This document shows positions 1-8,685 of a DNA stretch of 36,961 bases, piece after piece. The notes below the pieces were generated by a model, which was given only the letters and a program-made list of their open reading frames with translations, was not told the origin of the DNA and did no database searches. Position 1 is the first letter of the stretch. Each line of letters opens with the position of its first letter. The stretch is from Steroidobacteraceae bacterium. Lineage in GTDB: Bacteria > Pseudomonadota > Gammaproteobacteria > Steroidobacterales > Steroidobacteraceae. Position numbers and translations under genes: made by a program. The stretch spans positions 1 to 36,961 of the forward strand of contig JAICKZ010000001.1 in the NCBI GenBank assembly GCA_025927665.1. Reading direction: 5' to 3'.

Positions 1-207
1 CAACGCACGCGTTTTACAACTGATACCGAACAACGTCATCAGCGTGGTTTGCCGATTAATAATATTGATGAACATTTTCTATCGGCACTGACACATGGAT
101 TACCCAACTGCGCCGGTGTCGCACTTGGATTTGATCGTCTGCTGATGTGTGCGATTGGCGCCAAACATATTGATGAAGTACAAGCATTTTCTTTCAAGCG
201 AATTTAG
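1..207 (+). CDS. epmA: EF-P lysine lysyltransferase EpmA (PoxA/GenX), C-terminal fragment; the 5' end lies outside the window
   Basis: Frame 1 is open from the window edge to TAG at 205-207. The translation ...GLPNCAGVALGFDRLLMCAIGAKHIDEVQAFSFKRI is the class-II aaRS motif-3 tail typical of the LysRS paralog EpmA. Confidence 0.8.
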   Translation, partial: QRTRFTTDTEQRHQRGLPINNIDEHFLSALTHGLPNCAGVALGFDRLLMCAIGAKHIDEVQAFSFKRI

Positions 208-239
208 TACGAGAAAATATTTTGATGATGACAAATCTA

Positions 240-581
240 TTATTTTCTGAAAATGAAATAAACCGCACCCATCATGCACAATGCGGCCCATAGATAGTCG
301 AGTTTGATTGATTGCTTCATATACAACATCACGAAGGGTACAAACACAACAAGCGTGATTACTTCCTGCAAAATCTTTAACTGCGCCAGATTCAATGCCG
401 TGTAACCAATACGGTTTGCAGGTACTTGTAATAAATATTCAAACAAGGCCAGACCCCAACTGATCAGTGCTGCTACGTACCAGGGGCGCGCTGCGAGGTT
501 TTTAAGATGCGCATACCATGCAAATGTCATAAATACATTGGAACATGTCAGCAGAATAATGGTACGCAGGACAATCGGCAT
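240..581 (-). CDS. small DMT-superfamily (DUF486-like) inner-membrane protein
   Basis: The 113-aa product MPIVLRTIILLTCSNVFMTFAWYAHLK... has four hydrophobic helices. A GGAG sits 6 nt upstream of the ATG at 581, while the GTG at 593 in the ORF track lies inside that RBS. Confidence 0.65.
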   Translation of the reverse strand: MPIVLRTIILLTCSNVFMTFAWYAHLKNLAARPWYVAALISWGLALFEYLLQVPANRIGYTALNLAQLKILQEVITLVVFVPFVMLYMKQSIKLDYLWAALCMMGAVYFIFRK

Positions 582-643
582 GGTTAACTCCACCAGAAAA
601 TGGCAATCGCGGTAAGATATAACAAAATGTATACGGAGTAATC

Positions 644-2488
644 ATGAGCAGCCAATTTGGATTAATGCGCGAATCACGTTTCCGTCCGTTTTTCTTTACT
701 CAATTCTTAGGTGCGTTCAATGATAATGTTTTCAAAACTGCATTGATCACCCTGGTAACGTTTCATGCCAGCCAATTGACCACCATCGATAGTGGCACGC
801 TTGTTACGTTGCTGCCTGGATTATTCATTCTCCCCTACTTCATATTTTCAGCGCCCTTTGGACAAGTCTCAGACAAACTAGATAAAGATCGAGTTGCACG
901 CGCAGTCAAAGTATTTGAAATCGCCATCATGTGTATGGCAGCTTATGGTTTTTTGCAGCATCAATTGTGGGCACTGATCAGTGCATTATTTTTGATGGGT
1001 TTGCACTCCACTATTTTCGGACCAGTCAAATATGCTTACCTTTCCCATCATCTGTATCCTGAAGAATTAGTGGGTGGCAATGGCATGGTGGAAATGGGCA
1101 CCTTTGTTGCGATCTTACTGGGCCAAGTGTTAGGTGCATGGTTGATTATTGTCCATCCGGAAGGCGGCATCGCCTCTATTGGTGTCATCGTCATCGCCAT
1201 ACTCGGTTGGTTGGTCAGTCGTCATATTCCACGCACGCCCGCTGCTGATCCCACTTTGATCATTGACTGGAATCCGGTTACTTCAACCTGGCGTAATTTA
1301 CGCATGGCTAACACCACGCGTGCAATATGGTTGTCATTGCTGGGCATCTCATGGTTCTGGTTTTATGGTGCAACCTTGTTATCGCAATTTCCAACTTATG
1401 CAAAAGGCATAATTGGTGGAGATGAGAAAACTTACATCGCCATGCTCTCGATATTTTCCACTGGTATTGGCGTAGGCTCCTTGCTATGTGAAAAATTGTC
1501 GAGTGGTCACGTGGAAATTGGCCTCGTACCCTTCGGTGCAATTGGCTTGACTGTATTCGGTGTAGATTTGTATTTCGCAACACCGCATGCAGCACTCGTT
1601 GGTGAATTAACTTTCCGTGTCATTGTCGATTTGATTTTGATTGGCATTTTCGGTGGCTTATACATCGTGCCCTTATACGCCTTAATTCAATCACGCACTG
1701 CGAAGCAATATCAATCACGAGTCATCGCCGCTAATAACATACTCAATGCTGCGTTCATGGTTACATCGGCAGTTGTATCACTTATTTTATTAAAATATTT
1801 AAAGATGAGTATTGCGCAATTATTTTTAGCCACTGCGATATTCAACGCGATCGTTGCCATTTATATCTATTCGCTGGTGCCGGAATTCTTGATGCGCTTT
1901 ATTACTTGGTTATTGGTACATTCGATCTACAGACTTAAGAAAAGCGGTATTAAATATATTCCTGAAGAAGGCGCCGCATTGCTGATCTGCAATCATGTTA
2001 GCTTTGTTGATCCATTAATCATTATGGCAGCTTGTCCACGACCCATTCGGTTTGTTATGGATCACAATATTTTTAATTTGCCTATCCTGAAATTTGCGTT
2101 TCGCGATGCGCGAGCGATTCCCATTGCACCTGCGAAAGAAAATATTGCCACTCTCGATCAAGCATATGAAGAAATTGCAGCCGCATTATCGGCCGGTGAG
2201 TTGGTGGCAATATTTCCTGAAGGTGCCATCACACGTGATGGCGAATTACAGCCATTTAAAAGTGGTGTAGAAAAGATTCTCGCACGCACTCCAGTTCCAG
2301 TTGTACCGATGGCGTTACGTGGTTTGTGGGGCAGTTTCTTTTCTCGCAAAGATGGCTCTGCGATGACACGACCATTACGTCGTGGATTATTCAATAGAAT
2401 TTCATTGATGGTGGAAGCACCGCTTAGTCCGATCGGTGTGAGTGCAGAGAGTTTGCAGCAGCGCGTAAAGGAGCTATTGACATTGTAG
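644..2488 (+). CDS. fusion of an MFS lysophospholipid transporter (LplT-like) with a lysophospholipid acyltransferase (Aas/PlsC-like)
   Basis: The N-terminal ~400 aa is a multi-span MFS-like region. The C-terminal domain carries the acyltransferase HX4D motif (NHVSFVDP) and FPEGAITRDG. A GGAG RBS precedes the ATG at 644. Confidence 0.8.
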   Translation: MSSQFGLMRESRFRPFFFTQFLGAFNDNVFKTALITLVTFHASQLTTIDSGTLVTLLPGLFILPYFIFSAPFGQVSDKLDKDRVARAVKVFEIAIMCMAAYGFLQHQLWALISALFLMGLHSTIFGPVKYAYLSHHLYPEELVGGNGMVEMGTFVAILLGQVLGAWLIIVHPEGGIASIGVIVIAILGWLVSRHIPRTPAADPTLIIDWNPVTSTWRNLRMANTTRAIWLSLLGISWFWFYGATLLSQFPTYAKGIIGGDEKTYIAMLSIFSTGIGVGSLLCEKLSSGHVEIGLVPFGAIGLTVFGVDLYFATPHAALVGELTFRVIVDLILIGIFGGLYIVPLYALIQSRTAKQYQSRVIAANNILNAAFMVTSAVVSLILLKYLKMSIAQLFLATAIFNAIVAIYIYSLVPEFLMRFITWLLVHSIYRLKKSGIKYIPEEGAALLICNHVSFVDPLIIMAACPRPIRFVMDHNIFNLPILKFAFRDARAIPIAPAKENIATLDQAYEEIAAALSAGELVAIFPEGAITRDGELQPFKSGVEKILARTPVPVVPMALRGLWGSFFSRKDGSAMTRPLRRGLFNRISLMVEAPLSPIGVSAESLQQRVKELLTL

Positions 2489-2809
2489 AACATACTTCAC
2501 CTAACCAATCCATGCGATAGTATTGTGACATCGTGGTTATCTCAAAGCCGACGATTCAGTATTAACATTTTCCTACATATCCGGAATGCTTATTGAAAAA
2601 ATAAATGGATCGACATGCTTACTATGAACGAATATCTAATTCAGTATTTGGTGGAACATATCTAAGTTGATGTATGAATAATAACTTACGTAATATTGAA
2701 TAAATTCCGCTCATCCTGAGCTTGTCGAAGGATTCATTAAGACTTGACCTCTGCACGGGAAGACGCCGTATTAAATTTTATGTCCAGAAAATTAACTGAG
2801 TTTATAAAC

Positions 2810-3403
2810 TCAAATCACTCCCATCTGCTTCAACACTTTCATCGTCTCTTCTGGCGTTACATGTTGAATGGCTTGCCAACCACAGGCACGCGCGGCTTCG
2901 ACATTGGGAAGAAGATCATCAATGAATACCGTATGCGGCGGTTCCAGATCAAAACGATGTTCAGCGAGCTTGTAAATATCTCGACTTGGCTTCATTGCGC
3001 GTGCCTCGAACGATGGCAAGGCACTATGTGCCAGTGATAACAATTGATATTGTTGATTTAATTGCGTCCAATGCAAATCACCCGCATTACTCAAGAGATG
3101 CACACGATGTGTCGATGACAGTTCACGCGCCAACGCAAACATCGATTCAACCGGCGTAAACATGCCAATCCAATGTTGTTTCAATAATGTTCGATCGAGA
3201 TTGGGAACAAGCCGTGCCATGTTATCCAGCAATTGATCGCCGGCGAATTCACCGCGCTCATGCGCTTCCAGATCGATGGCTGCAATCACTTCTTTGATAT
3301 CGTAACGTTGTCCTGATGCGGCCAGATAATTCAGCAATGGGTTATAATCCAGATGCACCAGCACCCAGCCCACGTCAAACACCACAGATTTAATTTCCGA
3401 CAT
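2810..3403 (-). CDS. HAD-superfamily phosphatase, YihX-like subfamily IA
   Basis: The 197-aa product has motif I VVFDVGWVLV, which resembles E. coli YihX FDLGNVIV, and a late FIDDL motif. Its size matches the ~200-aa YihX family. Confidence 0.7.
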   Translation of the reverse strand: MSEIKSVVFDVGWVLVHLDYNPLLNYLAASGQRYDIKEVIAAIDLEAHERGEFAGDQLLDNMARLVPNLDRTLLKQHWIGMFTPVESMFALARELSSTHRVHLLSNAGDLHWTQLNQQYQLLSLAHSALPSFEARAMKPSRDIYKLAEHRFDLEPPHTVFIDDLLPNVEAARACGWQAIQHVTPEETMKVLKQMGVI

Positions 3404-3501
3404 ACATGGTTCCTATTTGGTGAGCGATTTACCACTCTTCGCAATTTGATGATATTACCGTTAACATCTCATCGTCACACATTATTAACAGAACATTATT
3501 C

Positions 3502-4299
3502 GTGAAAACTTCAAAAATAGTTTGGCAAACCGCTGTATTAATCGGATTGATGGTAAACGACTATGCTTACGCTGATGAGGAAACCATTATTACCGATCGA
3601 CCCGATTTCGTTGAATCAAGCGATGTGGTTGGCAATGGCAAGATGCAGATCGAAGTTGGTTTGAACGTCGAACGCAACAACGATGCTGGTGTGAAAGAAC
3701 AAACGTCCACCACGCCGACATTGATACGTGCGGGTCTTAGCGATCGTTGGGAACTGCGTATGGAAACCGATGGTTTGGTTCGACAACGAACTTCGATTAA
3801 CGGCAACGATGAAACAGTTAATGGGTATTCGGATATTGCTTTGGGAGTTAAATGGCATTTCACTGATGCCAATACTTCCTCGCATGCGCCTAGCACTGCT
3901 TGGTTATTTCACATTGACATGGACACCGGCTCATCAGCATTTCGCGGTGTTGGCTTGCGTCCTTCATTACGTTTTGTTGCCGAGTGGGACTTACCTGACG
4001 ACACTGGAATCGGCATCATGCCCGGAATTGTGTATGACAAGAATGATCAACATCGCTTCATCAGCGGCATCATGGCGGTCACCTATGGCAAACAATGGAC
4101 CCCAAACTTGCATAGTTTTATTGAAATTGCCGGACAACAACTCGCCAAGAACTCCGATGGTGGTAACTTTGTCACTGCAGATACAGGCTTGTCCTATCTA
4201 CTCAGCAAAACAATTCAAGTGGATGCTTCAATTCAACGTGGCTTGACTAACGATACACCTGACTGGAGTGGCGGCGTTGGATTTTCGATGAAGTTTTAA
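3502..4299 (+). CDS. outer-membrane beta-barrel channel ('MetA-pathway of phenol degradation'-like transporter family)
   Basis: GTG start with a signal peptide ending YAYA. The mature N-terminus is ITDRPDFVESSDVVGNGKMQIEVG, the pattern alternates like beta-strands, and the C-terminus is ...GFSMKF with a terminal Phe. Confidence 0.6.
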   Translation: MKTSKIVWQTAVLIGLMVNDYAYADEETIITDRPDFVESSDVVGNGKMQIEVGLNVERNNDAGVKEQTSTTPTLIRAGLSDRWELRMETDGLVRQRTSINGNDETVNGYSDIALGVKWHFTDANTSSHAPSTAWLFHIDMDTGSSAFRGVGLRPSLRFVAEWDLPDDTGIGIMPGIVYDKNDQHRFISGIMAVTYGKQWTPNLHSFIEIAGQQLAKNSDGGNFVTADTGLSYLLSKTIQVDASIQRGLTNDTPDWSGGVGFSMKF

Positions 4300-4368
4300 T
4301 CTTTGTACTTATGCAGATTGCGTAGAGTGTTCCTTTGACGGACACTCGTGCTTTACTAGAGGTAGCAC

Positions 4369-5397
4369 ATGCGATTCATCATGTTCGTCATCATTATGGC
4401 CTTATCAATAACATTATCGAGTGCGTCGACGGCACAATCTTTAACGAGCTATCAAATCACTAAAACAGTTGCACTCGGTGCGCCTGATCGTTGGGACTAT
4501 CTGACATTTGATCCAGATTCACATCGAGTGTACGTGGCACATGGTGATCGCGTAACCGTAGTGGATGGTCACGATGGTTTTATCATAGGACAAGTTGAAG
4601 GCATGCCTGGTGGCACACATGGAATTGGCATCTCCACTGCAACTGGCATCGGTTACACCGATGATGGTCGCGCTGGCATCGTAACCGCATTTGATCTTAA
4701 AACATTAAAGGCAACCAAGATTATTAAAGCGGCTGAAGACGCAGACGGAATTGTGTTTGATCCGTCCAGCCATCATTTCTTCGTCATCAATGGCGATTCA
4801 GGCAACGTTACGGTGATTGATCCAAAATCAAATGATGCCATTGCAACTATAAATATCGGCAACAAATTGGAGTTCGGCGCTGCCGGTAACAATGGCAAGT
4901 TATACATCGACGGTGCCGAGAAGAACGACATTGTTAGAATTGACACCACTACCAACAAAGTTGATGCGCATTGGCCCATTGCAAATTGCGAAAAACCACA
5001 TGGCATTGCCTTTGACGCCACAACTCATAGAGTGTTTGCAAGTTGCGTGAATAACGTTCTCGACGTGATCGATTCGGACGATGGCACCATCATTGCGACC
5101 TTATCCATTGGTAGCGGAACAGATGCTGCGGCATTCGATCCCAACCGCAAATTGATTTTCAGTTCCAATGGCCGCGATGGCACGTTGACTGTCATTCAAG
5201 AAAAAGATGCCAAAAGCTTTGTGGTGTTAGGCAATGTGAAAACTGCAATTACCGCTCGTACTATGACGCTTGATCCAGCAACAGGCCGTATCTATCTGGT
5301 TGCGGGAGATATTGATACAAAAGCAGCGACAGCTAATGGCAGACCGCAGTTAGTGCCGGGATCAGTAAAGTTATTGTTTGTTGATCCAACACACTAG
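4369..5397 (+). CDS. secreted YncE/YVTN-type beta-propeller repeat protein
   Basis: A signal peptide is followed by repeated ~40-aa units (RVYVAHGDRVTVVD, HHFFVINGDSGNVTVID, RVFASCVNNVLDVID, LIFSSNGRDGTLTVI) typical of YVTN/YncE propellers. Confidence 0.65.
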   Translation: MRFIMFVIIMALSITLSSASTAQSLTSYQITKTVALGAPDRWDYLTFDPDSHRVYVAHGDRVTVVDGHDGFIIGQVEGMPGGTHGIGISTATGIGYTDDGRAGIVTAFDLKTLKATKIIKAAEDADGIVFDPSSHHFFVINGDSGNVTVIDPKSNDAIATINIGNKLEFGAAGNNGKLYIDGAEKNDIVRIDTTTNKVDAHWPIANCEKPHGIAFDATTHRVFASCVNNVLDVIDSDDGTIIATLSIGSGTDAAAFDPNRKLIFSSNGRDGTLTVIQEKDAKSFVVLGNVKTAITARTMTLDPATGRIYLVAGDIDTKAATANGRPQLVPGSVKLLFVDPTH

Positions 5398-5421
5398 CTT
5401 ATATAGTGAGTGTATGAGTTT

Positions 5422-5862
5422 TCAGACTTCTACTGCTTCTACTCCCTTGATAATAATCTTGCTCATACCTTGGCTCGCAAGCAACTCGATAAATTCTATT
5501 AATGCGTTTGGTGCCGAGCCAAAATCTGCGGTTAAGTACCACCATTCTCCATAGCGCTCAATCGGCGTGAAGGAATGAACCGCGCCACTGAGTTCCAGTT
5601 CGTTTTCTGGGTTCTTGTCAGCGATGTCAAGCCACCGAGTAATCCAATCCTCTAGTTGCTTGATATTGTGGATTGGTTTGTTAAATAAAATTTGAATAGC
5701 ATTCCAAGTGAATGGATAAACCTCTACAGTAAAGTAGCCGAAATTGAAGGTTTTTGGCTCGAACTCTGGATCAAGTTCGATATGCAACTTGTGTGGCTTT
5801 GGCGTGTTATCTGTTGTCTTTGATAAGATATCAACGCGAAGATACCGATAAGGATAGGCCAT
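5422..5862 (-). CDS. hypothetical protein (orphan, no recognisable family)
   Basis: A 146-aa ORF in an AT-richer patch, Trp/Glu-rich and cytoplasmic-looking. The frame stays open a further 48 codons upstream without an ATG, GTG or TTG (see findings). Confidence 0.45.
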   Translation of the reverse strand: MAYPYRYLRVDILSKTTDNTPKPHKLHIELDPEFEPKTFNFGYFTVEVYPFTWNAIQILFNKPIHNIKQLEDWITRWLDIADKNPENELELSGAVHSFTPIERYGEWWYLTADFGSAPNALIEFIELLASQGMSKIIIKGVEAVEV

Positions 5863-6045
5863 TGTGTCATTGTTAATACTTAGCAGAAGCTCGCTAACAC
5901 TAGTGGACTCTTGTGATTTTAGACAGTCGCGTGCATGAACAAAGAACCGAATATACCTTTCTCGTTCTTTGCTTATGATCTGTTCAATATCATAAACTGC
6001 CCACCGTTAGTTCGCCAACTCAATAATAGTTAGCTAACTCAATTC

Positions 6046-7272
6046 CTACCGGTGCGTCTTCAACTTCACCACACGACCCGAATCTGCCGGCGCTTCATTC
6101 ACCACCACTACTTTGGCACGACGGAAAAAATTGAAATCGGTCGCGCTTGCCCAGGTATAAGCACCCATCATGCGACCCACAACCAAATCGCCCACTTCAA
6201 GTTCGGGCAACATGATGTTGTCGTCAATCACATCGATGGAATCGCAAGTCGGGCCTGCAAGCACACTAGGAAACAGTTCAGTGCTTTCTTTCAAAGCACG
6301 GACTGGATACTTGGCATGATCAAACATTTGTCCACTGTATGAACCATACACACCATCATCCAAGTAGTACCACATGCTGCCATTGCGCTTGGCCTTGCCC
6401 ATCACCGTGGAAACTGAGATCGCCGCGGGCGCCGCAATGAAACGACCTGGTTCAGCAATCACGCGCACATGCTTGGGCAGGTGAGCCAGAGCGGCACGAA
6501 TAGGCGTGCAGAATTCATCAATCGGCATTACTGCTTCATTGTAAGAAACTGGGAAGCCACCACCGATATCGAGCACATCCAATGCCGGTAAGCCGGCAAG
6601 CAATGCTTCACCATACAAACCCACACAGGCGTTGATGGCTTCGACATACTTGGAAGGTTCTGTGGCTTGCGATCCCACGTGAAAACTTAACCCACGTACA
6701 CGCACACCAAGAGCACGTGCTTGCTCAATCAAACTGAGGACTGCGCCCTGTTCACAACCGAATTTCTTGGAAAGATCGCATACTGCATTCGGACTGCGGA
6801 ACGAGACACGTACTAATAACTCCGCGCGTTTGCGATAACGCGCAAACTTTTTTACTTCTTCCGGATTATCAACAACGAAAGTATTCACGCCGTAACGCAA
6901 GGCGTCGCGAATGTCACTGTCGCGCTTGATAGGATGCGTGTGAATGCAACGATCTGGCGCAATGCCTGCAGCCTTCACCAATTCCACTTCACCAGTGGTG
7001 GCGAGGTCAAAGAATGCACCTTCATCACGTAAGCATGCTACCACTGCCACGTGTGGCAACGGCTTGAGTGCGTAATGGAGATCGACTCCGGGTAGCGCGG
7101 CTTTCAGGGCATGATATTGACGCCGGACTTGTTCGCAATCCACTACCAATAGTGGCGAACCAAAGCGTGCCGCCAATGAACGGATTTCCTCATCACTAAG
7201 CGTGATGCTGGACTCGTTAACTTTGTCGGAAGAGAAAAGAGAAAGAGACTGAACCGCTGCCCGTGGTAACAC
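6046..7272 (-). CDS. type III (alanine-racemase-fold) PLP-dependent ornithine/lysine decarboxylase
   Basis: Motifs present: HYALKPL (PLP lysine), SFHVGSQ, LDIGGGFP, IAEPGRF and LAGPTCDSIDV. I prefer the GTG at 7272 because it is preceded by GAGGA with a 6-nt spacer. The ORF-track GTG at 7302 has no RBS. Confidence 0.85.
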   Translation of the reverse strand: MLPRAAVQSLSLFSSDKVNESSITLSDEEIRSLAARFGSPLLVVDCEQVRRQYHALKAALPGVDLHYALKPLPHVAVVACLRDEGAFFDLATTGEVELVKAAGIAPDRCIHTHPIKRDSDIRDALRYGVNTFVVDNPEEVKKFARYRKRAELLVRVSFRSPNAVCDLSKKFGCEQGAVLSLIEQARALGVRVRGLSFHVGSQATEPSKYVEAINACVGLYGEALLAGLPALDVLDIGGGFPVSYNEAVMPIDEFCTPIRAALAHLPKHVRVIAEPGRFIAAPAAISVSTVMGKAKRNGSMWYYLDDGVYGSYSGQMFDHAKYPVRALKESTELFPSVLAGPTCDSIDVIDDNIMLPELEVGDLVVGRMMGAYTWASATDFNFFRRAKVVVVNEAPADSGRVVKLKTHR

Positions 7273-7534
7273 GTGTAGTCCTCGTAAAAAGCTGCTGAAC
7301 ACTTAACCAACCCACTCAAGAGTCTGGTCGAGCGGCACCGGCAGCTTTCGCGCCCTGTCTTCGGAAGCAGTTGGAATGACAACTGCCTACAGGCTTTAAG
7401 TGCTCTCTTACACAGGCACGGCGACTGAGCATCGCCGGCGGACGCAATGTAACAAAAACATTTCACGATGCAAGAACTTGTGCACGCTTTTTTAATAACG
7501 TTTTTTTATGACAATAGAAATGCTGAAATACTCG

Positions 7535-7617
7535 GCAAATTTTGGCGTTGCGCTCAGCAACTCACTGACTCAAAAATCTACCGCCGCAACAAATAAGAGA
7601 ACAACGCCAAAATTTGC
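7535..7617. repeat. perfect 16-bp inverted repeat (GCAAATTTTGGCGTTG ... CAACGCCAAAATTTGC) with a 51-nt spacer
   Basis: Read directly: arms at 7535-7550 and 7602-7617. It lies between the tsaC stop (7636) and the decarboxylase leader. Confidence 0.7.
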
Positions 7618-7635
7618 GCAAAGCGGAAAGAGTTT

Positions 7636-8604
7636 TCAGTCCGCAGCGGCACGCTGCAAACGATCTGTCACCGCTTGCCATTGCTCGCCGCTGGGAACCT
7701 GCTCCACCAACATGCATTGAGCACCTGCTTTATCAAGCGTACGAAGATTGGCATACAGAGAATGAGCGTAAGCAGCCGCATCGTTTCCAGCATTGACCCA
7801 GCTCACTGTGTCTTGTTCAATATCTCCTGCATACATTGCTAGCACTGCCACTTTCTGCTTGCGTTGAACATATTCATAAAGCAGTTGATCGAGTTGTACT
7901 CGGTTGACAATGCGAATCGGTGTTGCAGGTGAATAATGTTTCTCAAGCATTCCCGGTGCACGTGGTGTGTCGATAGCGAGCGCAGTGGTTACTTCTGGAA
8001 CCACGGCTTGCAATTGCGATAATGTAATTTTACCGGGCCGTAACAAATGCGGAACCTCACCTGCACAACTAATAATGGTGGACTCCAACCCGATCTCGCA
8101 ATCACCCCCATCCAACACCAGCAAGTCATCACCAAATTCATCGCGCACATGTGAAGCCAACGTGGGACTGACATGACCAAAGCGATTGGCAGATGGTGCA
8201 GCAATTCCACCACCAAAAGCTCGCAGTAATTGCTGCGCAATGGAATGACTTGGCACGCGAAGCGCGACCGTATCCTGTCCACCGGTGACAGCATCATTCA
8301 CTGTCGCAGCGCGTTTCAATATTAGCGTAAAGGGTCCAGGCCAGAATGCGGCAGCTAATTTCTGTGCAGCAGGAGAAACTTCGCTTGCCCAACGCGAGAG
8401 TTCTGATACATCACCAATATGCACGATCACCGGATGTGAACTTGGGCGGCCTTTAAGTGCAAAAATTTTTTTAACGGCTTGCGGATTGCTCGCATCTGCT
8501 CCCAAGCCGTAAACGGTTTCAGTTGGAAATGCCAGTAGCTCGCCTGAGCGCAGCACAGCGACAGCGCGCTCAAGTTCGTCATTTGCAATTGTATGAATTG
8601 TCAT
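7636..8604 (-). CDS. tsaC: L-threonylcarbamoyladenylate synthase (Sua5/YwlC long form, t6A biosynthesis)
   Basis: Carries LAFPTETVYGLGADA, KGRPSSHPVIVH and LRVPSH, plus a C-terminal Sua5 domain. The start could instead be the ATG at 8619. Confidence 0.85.
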   Translation of the reverse strand: MTIHTIANDELERAVAVLRSGELLAFPTETVYGLGADASNPQAVKKIFALKGRPSSHPVIVHIGDVSELSRWASEVSPAAQKLAAAFWPGPFTLILKRAATVNDAVTGGQDTVALRVPSHSIAQQLLRAFGGGIAAPSANRFGHVSPTLASHVRDEFGDDLLVLDGGDCEIGLESTIISCAGEVPHLLRPGKITLSQLQAVVPEVTTALAIDTPRAPGMLEKHYSPATPIRIVNRVQLDQLLYEYVQRKQKVAVLAMYAGDIEQDTVSWVNAGNDAAAYAHSLYANLRTLDKAGAQCMLVEQVPSGEQWQAVTDRLQRAAAD

Positions 8605-8624
8605 CGTGACATGATACATGTGAA

Positions 8625-8647
8625 AACGGGCGCAAGAAGCGCCCGTT
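8625..8647 (-). terminator. rho-independent terminator after the 8686-9450 gene
   Basis: On the minus strand the sequence reads AACGGGCGC-ttctt-GCGCCCGTT followed by TTTTCA. The stem is 9 bp and GC-rich. Confidence 0.6.
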
Positions 8648-8685
8648 CTAGATAGATAATAATCGACCCAGTACTTAGATCAGAC

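Noticed and set aside
793-807. A sigma54-like TGGCAC-N5-TTAC sequence.
   Set aside because: It lies inside the LplT-fusion coding region. The -12 element is TTAC rather than TTGC, and there is no downstream gene to serve.
3728-4246. A 172-aa same-strand alternative-frame ORF lies inside the outer-membrane channel gene. I considered it as a frameshift or overlapping gene.
   Set aside because: The annotated frame gives a complete signal peptide, beta-barrel pattern and terminal Phe. The alternative frame has no features.
7143-7466. A 107-aa minus-strand ORF, and a possible 39-aa upstream ORF (MLSRRACVREH...), lie in the decarboxylase leader. I considered them as leader peptides of the speFL type.
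   Set aside because: Neither has an RBS. The 107-aa ORF overlaps the decarboxylase start out of frame. The sequences are Cys/Arg-rich, as expected from translating GC-rich structured RNA. I kept the region only as a structured-leader candidate.
7508-7796. Two plus-strand ORFs (70 aa and 60 aa) lie across the tsaC 3' end and the inverted-repeat spacer.
   Set aside because: They are antisense to tsaC or span the inverted repeat, and they have no RBS or motifs.
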